The position numbers were made by a program, and so were the translations under genes. From IMG/VR virus record IMGVR_UViG_3300037856_000060, positions 1-46,681 of that record: 46,681 bases of DNA. The stretch is one strand, 5' to 3'. Each line of letters starts with the position of its first letter. Position 1 is the first letter of the stretch. Below, piece after piece: positions 35,153-43,052 of this stretch. This stretch comes from a virus. Its lineage: Duplodnaviria > Caudoviricetes. The notes below the pieces were generated by a model. It did no database searches and was not told where the DNA came from. It saw only the letters and a list, made by a program, of their open reading frames with translations.

Positions 35153-36129
35153 CAGGGGGCCCTCCGAAGCGGGACAACGTCGCCCGAGCCGGAGACGCGC
35201 CCAGGGTCGGATTCCGACACGCCACCGGCGGCCATGGCAGCCGCATCGGCCGCACTGGGAAGGGGCCACGGCAAGCCGGCCACCGCCTGGTCCTGCGCGC
35301 CCAGCGCCCAGAGACGCGGCTTGCCAAGATCGGGGTGGGGCGCAACCGCAGCCAGGATGCGTTTCATCGTCGCCTCACGGCCCATGTCCCAGCCCAGCCG
35401 CGCCCCGAGCACCAGGTTGCGCTTCAGGCCTTCGCAGAATTGGCGCAGCAGCGCAGGTGAGGCGGTCTCGCACGAGAACGCGAGTGCCGTCAGTGCCCGT
35501 GGCGGGATCCCGAAGGGCTGCAAGTAACGCGCGATGATGAGTTCGCGCTCGCGCTGGCCGGGCGGATCGATCCGGATATGGATGTCGAAGCGTCGCCAGA
35601 TCGCGGAGTCCAGCTCAGCGGCGTGGTTGGTTGCCGCGATGATCAGCCCCTCGTGAGCCTCGATGCGCTGCAGCAACACATCGACGACCGAGTTCATCTC
35701 GCGCTGGGCGTCCCGGGCGCTGGCCTGCCGCTTTGCGCCCAGCGCCTCGAACTCATCGAAAAACAGGACGACCGGCCCCTCGCCTTTCGGCGCGGCTCTC
35801 GCGGCATCGAACAGCGCGCCAAGATTGCGCCCGGTGGCGCCGAGGAACATGTCGACGATACGGTCCGGGCGCACGGCCACGAGCGGCAGGCCAAGGCGCG
35901 CGGCCAGATGGTGTGCGAGCGTCGTCTTCCCGGTTCCCGGAGCGCCATGGAACAGCGCGCGATGACGCGGGCGCAGCCCGACATCGGCCAGCTCATCCTT
36001 TGCCCAGATTTCCTCGAGCCATTCGAGCAGCGCGCCCCGCACACCGGGGCCAAGGATTGGCTCCATGGCTTCCGTCGGCATCATGACTTCGCCGAAATCC
36101 TCGAGGGCGCCGCGCTGTTGACGCATCAT
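35152..36129 (-). CDS. AAA+ ATPase
   Basis: GAPGTGKT, LFFDEFE, AATNHAAELDSAIWRRF. Confidence 0.9.
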   Translation of the reverse strand: MMRQQRGALEDFGEVMMPTEAMEPILGPGVRGALLEWLEEIWAKDELADVGLRPRHRALFHGAPGTGKTTLAHHLAARLGLPLVAVRPDRIVDMFLGATGRNLGALFDAARAAPKGEGPVVLFFDEFEALGAKRQASARDAQREMNSVVDVLLQRIEAHEGLIIAATNHAAELDSAIWRRFDIHIRIDPPGQRERELIIARYLQPFGIPPRALTALAFSCETASPALLRQFCEGLKRNLVLGARLGWDMGREATMKRILAAVAPHPDLGKPRLWALGAQDQAVAGLPWPLPSAADAAAMAAGGVSESDPGRVSGSGDVVPLRRAP

Positions 36130-36392
36130 CCATCAACCTCCCCTCGCCGAGCTTCAACCCTGCGCCTCCAGTCGGACTCGCGTGGCGCACGATCGCGCAG
36201 CGCGGCAACGGCATCGTCCATTGCCTTCTGCGCCTGGTTGACGCGGTTGGTCGCGCTGGTGGTGGCCTTTCGTGCCGCGTCTTCGTTGATGCGCGCCTGT
36301 TCCAGCGCAGTCACCGCGTCCTCGAGGGCGCGCTGCAGGTCGCCCAGATCAGCTATCCGGCGCTTTGCGTGATCGATCTGCGGGCTGCTCAT
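36126..36392 (-). CDS. Coiled-coil hypothetical protein
   Basis: MSSPQIDHAKRR; ATGA overlaps with both neighbours. Confidence 0.62.
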   Translation of the reverse strand: MSSPQIDHAKRRIADLGDLQRALEDAVTALEQARINEDAARKATTSATNRVNQAQKAMDDAVAALRDRAPRESDWRRRVEARRGEVDG

Positions 36393-37099
36393 GTTGGCCC
36401 CATACCGTCGCCACCGTCCTCGTCGCGCCAGCCCTCGTCCCAGCGCCGGCGTCGCTTGTCGTCCCATGGGAAAGGGTTCGCGATGACGGGTTGGTCGTCC
36501 TGGCGCGCTTGCTGACCGAGCATGAATGCTTCATCGAGCGAGACATCCGGGAAGTCGGTCTTCGTGCGCGAGGACACGGGTCCTCGGCCGCCATTGTCTG
36601 CACCATGAAGCGGCGAGGGCTTGTCGGGCGCCACCTCCTCGACATGCACGCCATCCTTGCTGCGCCAGATCCGCATACGCGGGCCCGATCCGACCCGGAT
36701 CGTGATTTCGCCATCTTCGGGCGCAATCAGCTTCAGCGCTTCCACGACGCTTTCACGCGCGGTCACATCGACGCCCATTCCCTGCACATGCCGAAACAGC
36801 GGAACATCATGCGCCATGCCTAGCGCCGCGAGATACAGCTCCATCATGGCCTCGTCTTCCGCGCGTTCCGACGGCGGCTTCTCACGGAGCTTGCAGATCG
36901 CCTTGATGTACTTCGTGGCGTAGCCCCTCGATTTCGCCTCGGCGATGACCAGCTTCTCTTGCTCGCTGATCTCCTTCTTCTCCCCGCGCAGGCGCTCCAG
37001 CCGCTCAACGAATGAGCGCAGCTCGGCCCCCGAGACCATGTTGCTCCGCGGGGCTTCTTCTATGTGATCGATGTACGGATCCGGTTCGGATTTCGTCAC
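36389..37099 (-). CDS. GapR (DUF2312)-like DNA-binding protein with C-terminal extension
   Basis: ELRSFVERLERL..EKKEI.EQ.K.V.AEAKSRGY..K...KLR......EDEAMMELYL.ALGM. Confidence 0.82.
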   Translation of the reverse strand: MTKSEPDPYIDHIEEAPRSNMVSGAELRSFVERLERLRGEKKEISEQEKLVIAEAKSRGYATKYIKAICKLREKPPSERAEDEAMMELYLAALGMAHDVPLFRHVQGMGVDVTARESVVEALKLIAPEDGEITIRVGSGPRMRIWRSKDGVHVEEVAPDKPSPLHGADNGGRGPVSSRTKTDFPDVSLDEAFMLGQQARQDDQPVIANPFPWDDKRRRRWDEGWRDEDGGDGMGPT

Positions 37100-37368
37100 T
37101 GCGGTGTCTCCCCTGTTGGTGCTGCCGCTGCTGCGCGGCTGAGGACGAGCGCGGTGGCGTCGTCGTCGATGAAGATTTTCGCCGAGAGGGCAGCGATGTT
37201 CCGGCTGCGGACCGGGACGATGATTTCCGGCGGCAACGACAGTGCATGCAGCTGCTCGAGCGTCAGAGGCTCGGGCCAGAAATCCACCGCGTGGTGCAGC
37301 GGGTCGGATTCAATCTGCACGGCTTCTGGCTTGTCAGCGCTCGCCCGCGCTGGTCGGCCCCGGGTCAT
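37096..37368 (-). CDS. Hypothetical protein
   Basis: GGAGG RBS; translationally coupled overlaps. Confidence 0.55.
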   Translation of the reverse strand: MTRGRPARASADKPEAVQIESDPLHHAVDFWPEPLTLEQLHALSLPPEIIVPVRSRNIAALSAKIFIDDDATALVLSRAAAAAPTGETPQ

Positions 37369-37598
37369 GTTGTCCTCCGGGCCCGCGCGATGCGCATTGC
37401 GTCGCTGCGAAAGATCGCCGTCGGATCGTTTCGCCGCAGAAGGCTCAGTTCGCGTTCCAACGCCTCGACGCGATCGAGCAGGGCGAGAATTGCGCGCTGT
37501 TCGGCCGTGAGGTCGCCATCATCATGAAATGGCCGCCCGGATAGGTTGGCTAGAATTGCTGCGCACTCGCGCGCGGGGACCGCCGCTGGCTCGGTCAT
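37365..37598 (-). CDS. Hypothetical protein
   Basis: AAGGA RBS; short coiled coil; coupled to the next gene. Confidence 0.55.
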   Translation of the reverse strand: MTEPAAVPARECAAILANLSGRPFHDDGDLTAEQRAILALLDRVEALERELSLLRRNDPTAIFRSDAMRIARARRTT

Positions 37599-37642
37599 GA
37601 CGCCTGTCCTTCAGCACGTCGCCGCAGCGTCAACAGTTCGAA

Positions 37643-37651
37643 TGCTATACT
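37643..37651 (+). promoter_or_regulatory. Extended -10 element (TGCTATACT) for the WYL-TerB gene
   Basis: TGn-TATACT about 70 nt upstream of the start codon. Confidence 0.4.
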
Positions 37652-37717
37652 CTCAGAGGTTGCTGACCTATCTTCGACGTTGAGAGACTTTTCCTGTGCA
37701 TCTCTGGGGAGTGAATA

Positions 37718-38572
37718 TTGATGTTCAAATTTTTTGGAGCAGTCTTTTCTCGCGCACCTGACGAGCAACAAGAGGCGCCGACGATTCCTAACGCTCCGGC
37801 ACCTATTGTCCCGGAAGCCGATGATCAGGAAACTACGGTCGTCGCGACCCTTCCCCGTGAGGGACCAGAGCCAGTCATAGACAGTATCGATCTTGAGCCA
37901 ATATTCTGCATGATTGACTATTCTGACGCCGCTGGGAACGGCTCGCGCCGGCGTATCACCACAAGGCGGATATCCCGTGGGCCACACGCACCACTTTTGA
38001 CGGCGGTTTGCCATGAGAGGCGGGCTATCCGCCACTTTCGCTGTGACCGGATCGTCGATTTCATTACGCACGATGGCGAGGTGATTTCGACACAGAAGTT
38101 TCTTCGAACTGTTCTCCTCGTCGACATTGAAGCCTTTGCCAGTCAGCAACGGGGTGCTGATGATCTTTTGATTACGGCTCGCGCTATCAGGGACAAGTTG
38201 CGACCACAGCTTGCCATTCTCGTCGCCGCCGCGCGATCGAACGATGAATTCCATCGGAACGAGGTCGATGCAGTGGTTGATTACCTCGAGGAGGAGGTAT
38301 GCAGGCTTGAGCCCAGATTGCTGTCTGGCCATGCTCCGATCGATGTCATCAATACCATTGCACCGATGATTGTTTCGATGCGGCCTTCTCGCGAGGCGCT
38401 TCCGGGGTACCTTGAGCGAATGATCGAACGAATGTCTGTTGAAGATTTCACGCGATTTGAAGATGCGCTGCGTGCCGTCGTGGAAGCAGATGGCTATGTC
38501 GGCGTTTCGCAGGATCTCTTCCTTTCCGATTTCAATGCAATGCGCCGCCTGATCGAAAAACGTGAAAGATAG
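37718..38572 (+). CDS. WYL-domain plus TerB-like domain protein (moron)
   Basis: IDYSDAAGNGSRRRI...LTAVCHERRAIRHFRCDRI (WYL) and ILVAAARSNDEFHRNEVDAV...ADG (TerB-like); visibly lower GC; opposite strand to the surrounding operon. Confidence 0.75.
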   Translation: MMFKFFGAVFSRAPDEQQEAPTIPNAPAPIVPEADDQETTVVATLPREGPEPVIDSIDLEPIFCMIDYSDAAGNGSRRRITTRRISRGPHAPLLTAVCHERRAIRHFRCDRIVDFITHDGEVISTQKFLRTVLLVDIEAFASQQRGADDLLITARAIRDKLRPQLAILVAAARSNDEFHRNEVDAVVDYLEEEVCRLEPRLLSGHAPIDVINTIAPMIVSMRPSREALPGYLERMIERMSVEDFTRFEDALRAVVEADGYVGVSQDLFLSDFNAMRRLIEKRER

Positions 38573-38640
38573 ATGTGAGCGGAATGGATCGGCACCCCGA
38601 GTCCAGATTTGCCCACCAAGCTTGATTGTTTCCTCAGCCC

Positions 38641-38961
38641 TCATGCACGCACCTTCTCGGCAGGCGCCGCGACGATGCGTTCCAATATCGCCATCCCGCG
38701 TGGCTTCCGGATCCTGTATTGGATGATAGGTGCATATTCGGGCTGATCGCAGACGCGCCGGAGTTCTGTCCTGAACCATCCGATCCGGACGCGCTTCCAC
38801 CGCCAGAAGAAGCCCGGCCAATCCGGTGAGAGCGATTTGGCCTGCTCGGGCCCGAGAATGCCGGGGGGCTCGATGCGATAGTGCAGCACGCAGGGCACCG
38901 GGATCAGCCCGCGCACCGGCCCGCCATCATGCTCGATCCAGGGGCCCCATTCGTCGGTCAT
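38641..38961 (-). CDS. Hypothetical phage protein
   Basis: MTDEWGPWIEHDG...IIQYRIRKPRG; ATGA overlap and GGAGG RBS. Confidence 0.68.
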   Translation of the reverse strand: MTDEWGPWIEHDGGPVRGLIPVPCVLHYRIEPPGILGPEQAKSLSPDWPGFFWRWKRVRIGWFRTELRRVCDQPEYAPIIQYRIRKPRGMAILERIVAAPAEKVRA

Positions 38962-39287
38962 GCGGCCTCCAGAAGCTGGATCGCCGCGCCGGGGATCGAC
39001 ACCACCGCGAACGACACCGCCCAGGCCTGCGGCGCGTTGATCCCGTTCAGCCACTGGCGCGCGGTCTTCTCGTCCACGTCGAAGAACGCGGCGATCTCGA
39101 TGCTGTTGCGGAAATGGGTGCGCAGGAACGCCGACCACCGATCCGGATAGAGCCGACGGAACGCCCGCGGGTCGCAGGGCCGCCCGGACAAAAGTCCGGC
39201 CAGCCCACCGTCGCGTTGCCCGGAGGACACGCCCAGCGCGGCCGTGCCAGCATCGCCGGATGATCTGTTCGGACCAGCATACCCCAT
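38958..39287 (-). CDS. HTH protein at the CII position
   Basis: IAAFFDVDEKTARQWLNG; directly downstream of cro (TGATG overlap). Confidence 0.62.
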   Translation of the reverse strand: MGYAGPNRSSGDAGTAALGVSSGQRDGGLAGLLSGRPCDPRAFRRLYPDRWSAFLRTHFRNSIEIAAFFDVDEKTARQWLNGINAPQAWAVSFAVVSIPGAAIQLLEAA

Positions 39288-39511
39288 CAGGCGGCATCCT
39301 CGGAGGCCCTGGCATCGCCCTGCACGGGGGGTGGATGCGCGGCCATGTGCGCGCGCAGCCGGTCCACGACCTTCATGGTCGGGCTCGACGTGCCCGCTTT
39401 CCAGGCGTCCCACTGCCCCCAGCCCGCGCCGATCGCCTCGCGAAGCAGGCGCTGTGGCGTGATCCCGGCGGCAGCGCAGTGCTGCTCGATATCAGAGATG
39501 AGTTCGTCCAT
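39287..39511 (-). CDS. Cro-like repressor
   Basis: 74 aa, divergent from cI; WKAGTSSPTMKVVDRL. Confidence 0.72.
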   Translation of the reverse strand: MDELISDIEQHCAAAGITPQRLLREAIGAGWGQWDAWKAGTSSPTMKVVDRLRAHMAAHPPPVQGDARASEDAA

Positions 39512-39518
39512 GGCGGCG

Positions 39519-39599
39519 AATATGGGGAAATCTCTCCCTGTTCGTCAAGGGAAATTCGTCACCGTCCCGCCGCACCCACGCATGAGGTAGAAATTCCCA
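39519..39599. promoter_or_regulatory. OR-like operator/promoter region
   Basis: 16-mers GGGGAAATCTCTCCCT (39524), AGGGAAATTCGTCACC (39548) and GAGGTAGAAATTCCCA (39584); minus-strand TTGACG-N18-CATATT before cro. Confidence 0.68.
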
Positions 39600-40240
39600 T
39601 GATGAAGACGTTCAGCGAAGCATTTCAGGAGGCTGTCCGCTCCACGGGACGTTCCGTGCGAGAGGTGTCGGCGACGTCAGGCGTTTCCTACGAGCAACTC
39701 AAGAAAGCCATGCAGGGCAAGACCCGGAGCATGAACGCCGACGACGCTGTGAGGGTTGCACGCGCATTCGGCGTGACAGTCGAGGAACTGCTCGCGGGTC
39801 GTTTCAGCCCAACCGCCCCCACACCGCTGATCGCAGTAGCAGGCAGAGTTAGCGCCGGTGACCGCGTGCAACTGGTCGATGCGTTCGAAAAGGGAGAAGG
39901 CTTATTTCAAGTGGAGTGCCCACCTGGGCTACACCCTAGGGGAATCGTCGCTGTCGAGGTTAAGGGCGATAGCATGTCGCCGATCTACCAAAATGGCCAT
40001 GTGTTGTTCTACTCGCGCCTCACGGCAGAGGGCGTTCTGGAGGAGGATTTGGGCCGACCTTGTATCGCAGAGGACGTCGATGGGCACGCGTGGGTTAAGC
40101 AGGTGAAAAGAGGATCTGAGCCGGGTCTGTTCCACCTTATCTCCCTCAATCCCGAATCGCAGAACCTATGGAACGTAAAGCTCAAATGGGCTTCGAGAGT
40201 GATCCTGGCGCTGCCTTCAGAGATGATCAGGGCGCACTAG
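39599..40240 (+). CDS. CI-like repressor (HTH plus S24 peptidase)
   Basis: N-terminal Xre HTH; AGRVSAG cleavage region, VKGDSMSP and WVKQV catalytic Ser/Lys. Confidence 0.9.
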   Translation: MMKTFSEAFQEAVRSTGRSVREVSATSGVSYEQLKKAMQGKTRSMNADDAVRVARAFGVTVEELLAGRFSPTAPTPLIAVAGRVSAGDRVQLVDAFEKGEGLFQVECPPGLHPRGIVAVEVKGDSMSPIYQNGHVLFYSRLTAEGVLEEDLGRPCIAEDVDGHAWVKQVKRGSEPGLFHLISLNPESQNLWNVKLKWASRVILALPSEMIRAH

Positions 40241-40243
40241 ATC

Positions 40244-40660
40244 TCATATCTGAGATTGCCAAGAGCGAACGCGGCCGTTCTCAGTGTAAATGTACGGCCC
40301 AAATCTTCCTACCACAAACTGGACGTGACGACCAAACGTTCCGGTTGAAGCGTTCGCCCGCAAGTAAGGGCCCCAGCTGCAAATCGCCGCGTGCTCTCGC
40401 ATGTTCGTCCGGATGACTTCGTTCTGGATGTCATGCTTCTCGGCTGCTGTCAGGGCATTGCGAGAATCCAAGACGGTCATTGCGAGCCTAGCGCCGACGG
40501 AATCACCAGCACTCCTAGCTCGCGCGAACTCCTGACACACCTGAAGATCGGACATGCCGAGCAGGTTCGGCGGTGGTGTTGGCTGGACACACGCTGTCAG
40601 CGTCGCAGCGGCGGCTATCAATACGAGGCTCTTGAATGAAGCGCTCAACTGACCCTCCAT
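40244..40660 (-). CDS. Lipoprotein (candidate superinfection-exclusion moron)
   Basis: Signal peptide with LTAC lipobox; convergent with cI; lower GC. Confidence 0.7.
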   Translation of the reverse strand: MEGQLSASFKSLVLIAAAATLTACVQPTPPPNLLGMSDLQVCQEFARARSAGDSVGARLAMTVLDSRNALTAAEKHDIQNEVIRTNMREHAAICSWGPYLRANASTGTFGRHVQFVVGRFGPYIYTENGRVRSWQSQI

Positions 40661-40757
40661 CTCATCTGGCGTTTTTCAGGACTGGCCAAGAGCGATGAAG
40701 ATTCGCTGGAGGCTATGCGATCGAAGGATAGCACGGTCACCTGCCCTCACAACAGTT

Positions 40758-40808
40758 GAGGAAGTTTTTCCCTTTTTTCTTGACGGGGCAATTTTTCCCC
40801 TCAATATG
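40758..40808 (+). promoter_or_regulatory. OL/PL-like operators and promoter
   Basis: GAGGAAGTTTTTCCCT (40758) and near-palindromic GGGGCAATTTTTCCCC (40785) flanking TTGACG. Confidence 0.68.
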
Positions 40809-40833
40809 CGAGCATCGATCTACGGAGGCTCGC

Positions 40834-41088
40834 ATGGACACTCAAGCCCTACACCAGGCCACTCGACTGATGAACGCGACCCCGCGCGCGGATCGCGCGG
40901 CCCGGCTCGAGCGGCTGGCGCAGGAGCATGGCGGGACGATCCTCGCGCCCAGCGCGGCGACGCACATGCACGAGGTCCATCTGCTCGGGATCTACGCCAA
41001 CGGCGAGAGCCTTGAGCATGCCGCGGTCAACTGGCTCGATGTGGCCAACCGGCTGGTCCCCTATCTGCGCGACGAGGCCGCGGCATGA
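40834..41088 (+). CDS. Hypothetical protein, first gene of the second early operon
   Basis: GGAGG RBS before MDTQALHQ. Confidence 0.68.
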   Translation: MDTQALHQATRLMNATPRADRAARLERLAQEHGGTILAPSAATHMHEVHLLGIYANGESLEHAAVNWLDVANRLVPYLRDEAAA

Positions 41089-41156
41089 CTGCCCGCGACC
41101 CTCGGCGCACGCGTTCTCCGAATATGCCCGGCGGTCCTGAGCGCCTGCGCATGACT

Positions 41157-41194
41157 GGCCGACCGTCAGCTGCTCGCGGCGGTCGGCCCTTTTT
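41157..41194 (+). terminator. Intrinsic terminator (tL1-like)
   Basis: GGCCGACCG/CGGTCGGCC stem followed by CTTTTT. Confidence 0.6.
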
Positions 41195-41221
41195 CCGCTC
41201 GGCCACACGGGGGCACCGGGA

Positions 41222-41548
41222 ATGAACGATTTTGCCGCCGCCATTCATGAGGCGCTCGACCTGTGCGCCGATTCGCTTTCGCAGAACGGGCGCACACGGC
41301 TCGCGGACCTGCTTGCCATGTTCGCGGACAATCCCGGCGATCCGCGCGAAACCGCGCAGCTGCGTGAGGCGTCGACACTGACTTGTTCGAACTGTCGCCT
41401 CTCGTGGCCGGGCTTCTTTCTTCCGATGGACATGAACGGCCACGGCCCGATGGCGACGCTCCGGCTCGCAGTCTGCCCGCGCTGCTACAGCAACACGTCG
41501 GTTTACCTGAACAAGGCGCCGACTCCCGCACAGGAGGCCACCGCGTGA
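41222..41548 (+). CDS. Hypothetical protein with CxxC...CxxC zinc ribbon
   Basis: CSNC and CPRC. Confidence 0.62.
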   Translation: MNDFAAAIHEALDLCADSLSQNGRTRLADLLAMFADNPGDPRETAQLREASTLTCSNCRLSWPGFFLPMDMNGHGPMATLRLAVCPRCYSNTSVYLNKAPTPAQEATA

Positions 41549-41670
41549 TACGCAAAGCCTGGAGCAGGATGGTCGCGCTGGACGACCACTGGATCGGTGA
41601 CCTGTTGGGCGGGATTGCCCTTCTCGTGATCTTCGTTGTCGGCATCTTTGCCGTGGCGGCCTTTCAATGA
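41545..41670 (+). CDS. Small single-TM protein
   Basis: GTGA overlap, AGGAGG RBS; DLLGGIALLVIFVVGIFAVA. Confidence 0.6.
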   Translation: MIRKAWSRMVALDDHWIGDLLGGIALLVIFVVGIFAVAAFQ

Positions 41671-41915
41671 GCGCGCGGTCACTCTCTTCGCCGCGCACGC
41701 CACAAGAGCGCTGGGCCAGGGCCGCGGCGCATCTGCGCGAAATCCAGCGCCTCAAGAAGATCCAGAACCAGGTGCTGGTGTCTCAGTACACCGCCGGCGA
41801 GGCACGCAGCAGGATGATCAACGAGGCTCTCGCGCTTGCTGATCTGCTCGACGAGATGGATCGGGTCGGCCTTCTCGACGCGTTGCCTGATTACCTCGAC
41901 GTCGTCTACCGCTGA
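41667..41915 (+). CDS. Hypothetical protein
   Basis: ATGA overlap; helical 82-aa ORF. Confidence 0.6.
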   Translation: MSARSLSSPRTPQERWARAAAHLREIQRLKKIQNQVLVSQYTAGEARSRMINEALALADLLDEMDRVGLLDALPDYLDVVYR

Positions 41916-41960
41916 AGGGGCGTACAATGATCGACAAGCAGAGGAACGAAACCCCGGAAT

Positions 41961-42032
41961 ACCGCGCGTGTCACTCACGGAACGCGGTCAACCCCGGCGC
42001 AGCCCTACCCTCCTCCCGGGGCTGCGCCGGGG
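41961..42032 (+). ncRNA. Candidate structured RNA with CCUCCUCCC (cuckoo-like, anti-Shine-Dalgarno) loop
   Basis: Perfect 14-bp stem 41992-42005/42019-42032 with CCTCCTCCC in the loop (42009-42017), preceded by a second hairpin at 41961-41988. Confidence 0.55.
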
Positions 42033-42035
42033 CCA

Positions 42036-42554
42036 TTGGCGGGGGCGACGCGGATGGGTGACCGACAAGTCCTCACCTGCTCGACATGCACCGATGCCGA
42101 AGTCGCAGCAATGTTGCTCAACACCTCGAAGGGCCGAGTGACGAGGATCAAGGCGGTGGCCGCCAGCCGGATCACCAGCCTCTCGAACGAAATCGCGCAG
42201 CTTCGGGTGCTTGTCGCCACGCCGGCGGCGCGCGATCTGCTGGCCGAACGTCAGCGTCAGAAACTGGCCGATGGATGGACGCCCGAAGCAGACGAAACGC
42301 CCGTCACGTGTGAACTGATGGTGGATGTCGCGGTCAGCTATCTCTTGCGCGGACTCAGCCACGACGAGGTCCTTGCCGAAGGTGACTGGGGGCTCGAAGA
42401 GCGCGACACAAGCTGGGTCAAGCCCAAGCTGTCACGTGAGGAACTGATCCAGGCCGGCACGATCATCCTTGCCGAAATCGAGCGCCACGACCGCCAGTAC
42501 AGATCCACGGTCAGCGACGATCAGCGCCCGAAAGCCGCGGGTGGCCGCGCATGA
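42036..42554 (+). CDS. Hypothetical phage protein
   Basis: AERQRQ...GWTPEAD and REELIQAG..ILAEIERHDR motifs typical of a phage early-gene family; start may be the ATG at 42054. Confidence 0.68.
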   Translation: MAGATRMGDRQVLTCSTCTDAEVAAMLLNTSKGRVTRIKAVAASRITSLSNEIAQLRVLVATPAARDLLAERQRQKLADGWTPEADETPVTCELMVDVAVSYLLRGLSHDEVLAEGDWGLEERDTSWVKPKLSREELIQAGTIILAEIERHDRQYRSTVSDDQRPKAAGGRA

Positions 42555-42754
42555 CTGTGAATCCCGTCACCCGCTTTGAAAAGCGTCGCTGCCTCGAGCG
42601 CGAGATCGCGATGCGCCGGCGCGCATATCCACGCTGGGTGCGCGAAGGCCGAATGACGCAGGCCGAGGCCGATCGTGAAATCGACGTGATGACAGCGATC
42701 CTTCGTGACTACGACGATCCGGGTCTCTTCGATGCGAAAGACGCTGCAGCATGA
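42551..42754 (+). CDS. Hypothetical phage protein
   Basis: CLEREIAMRRRAYPRWV..GRMTQ.EADREI..M.AI. Confidence 0.72.
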   Translation: MTVNPVTRFEKRRCLEREIAMRRRAYPRWVREGRMTQAEADREIDVMTAILRDYDDPGLFDAKDAAA

Positions 42755-42812
42755 AGGCTTTGCTCTCACCCGCCCGCTTGATCCTGACCGCCAGCTGCTC
42801 GGAGGCATCCAG

Positions 42813-43052
42813 ATGAAGAACAAGCTTTCAGACCTCAACAATCACCTTTTTGCCCAACTCGAGCGCCTGTCGGCCGAAGGCTTGTCGCCTGAACAGATCG
42901 AGCAGGAGGCGCGCCGCGCCGAAGCGATCGTCTCGGTCGCCGATCAGATCACCGGCAATGCAGCGCTGCAGCTCAAGGCAGCCAAGCTCTTTGCGGATCA
43001 TGGCAACGGGATCCTGCCGATGTTGCCGCAGATCGGCGGGTCGAAGGAATGA
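42813..43052 (+). CDS. Hypothetical phage protein
   Basis: MKNKLSDLNNHLFAQLERL; GGAGG RBS; precedes the HNH gene. Confidence 0.72.
   Translation: MKNKLSDLNNHLFAQLERLSAEGLSPEQIEQEARRAEAIVSVADQITGNAALQLKAAKLFADHGNGILPMLPQIGGSKE

Noticed and set aside
37595-38821. 408-aa minus-strand ORF continuing the early operon
   Set aside because: Antisense to the WYL-TerB gene, which has the clear motifs and an RBS.
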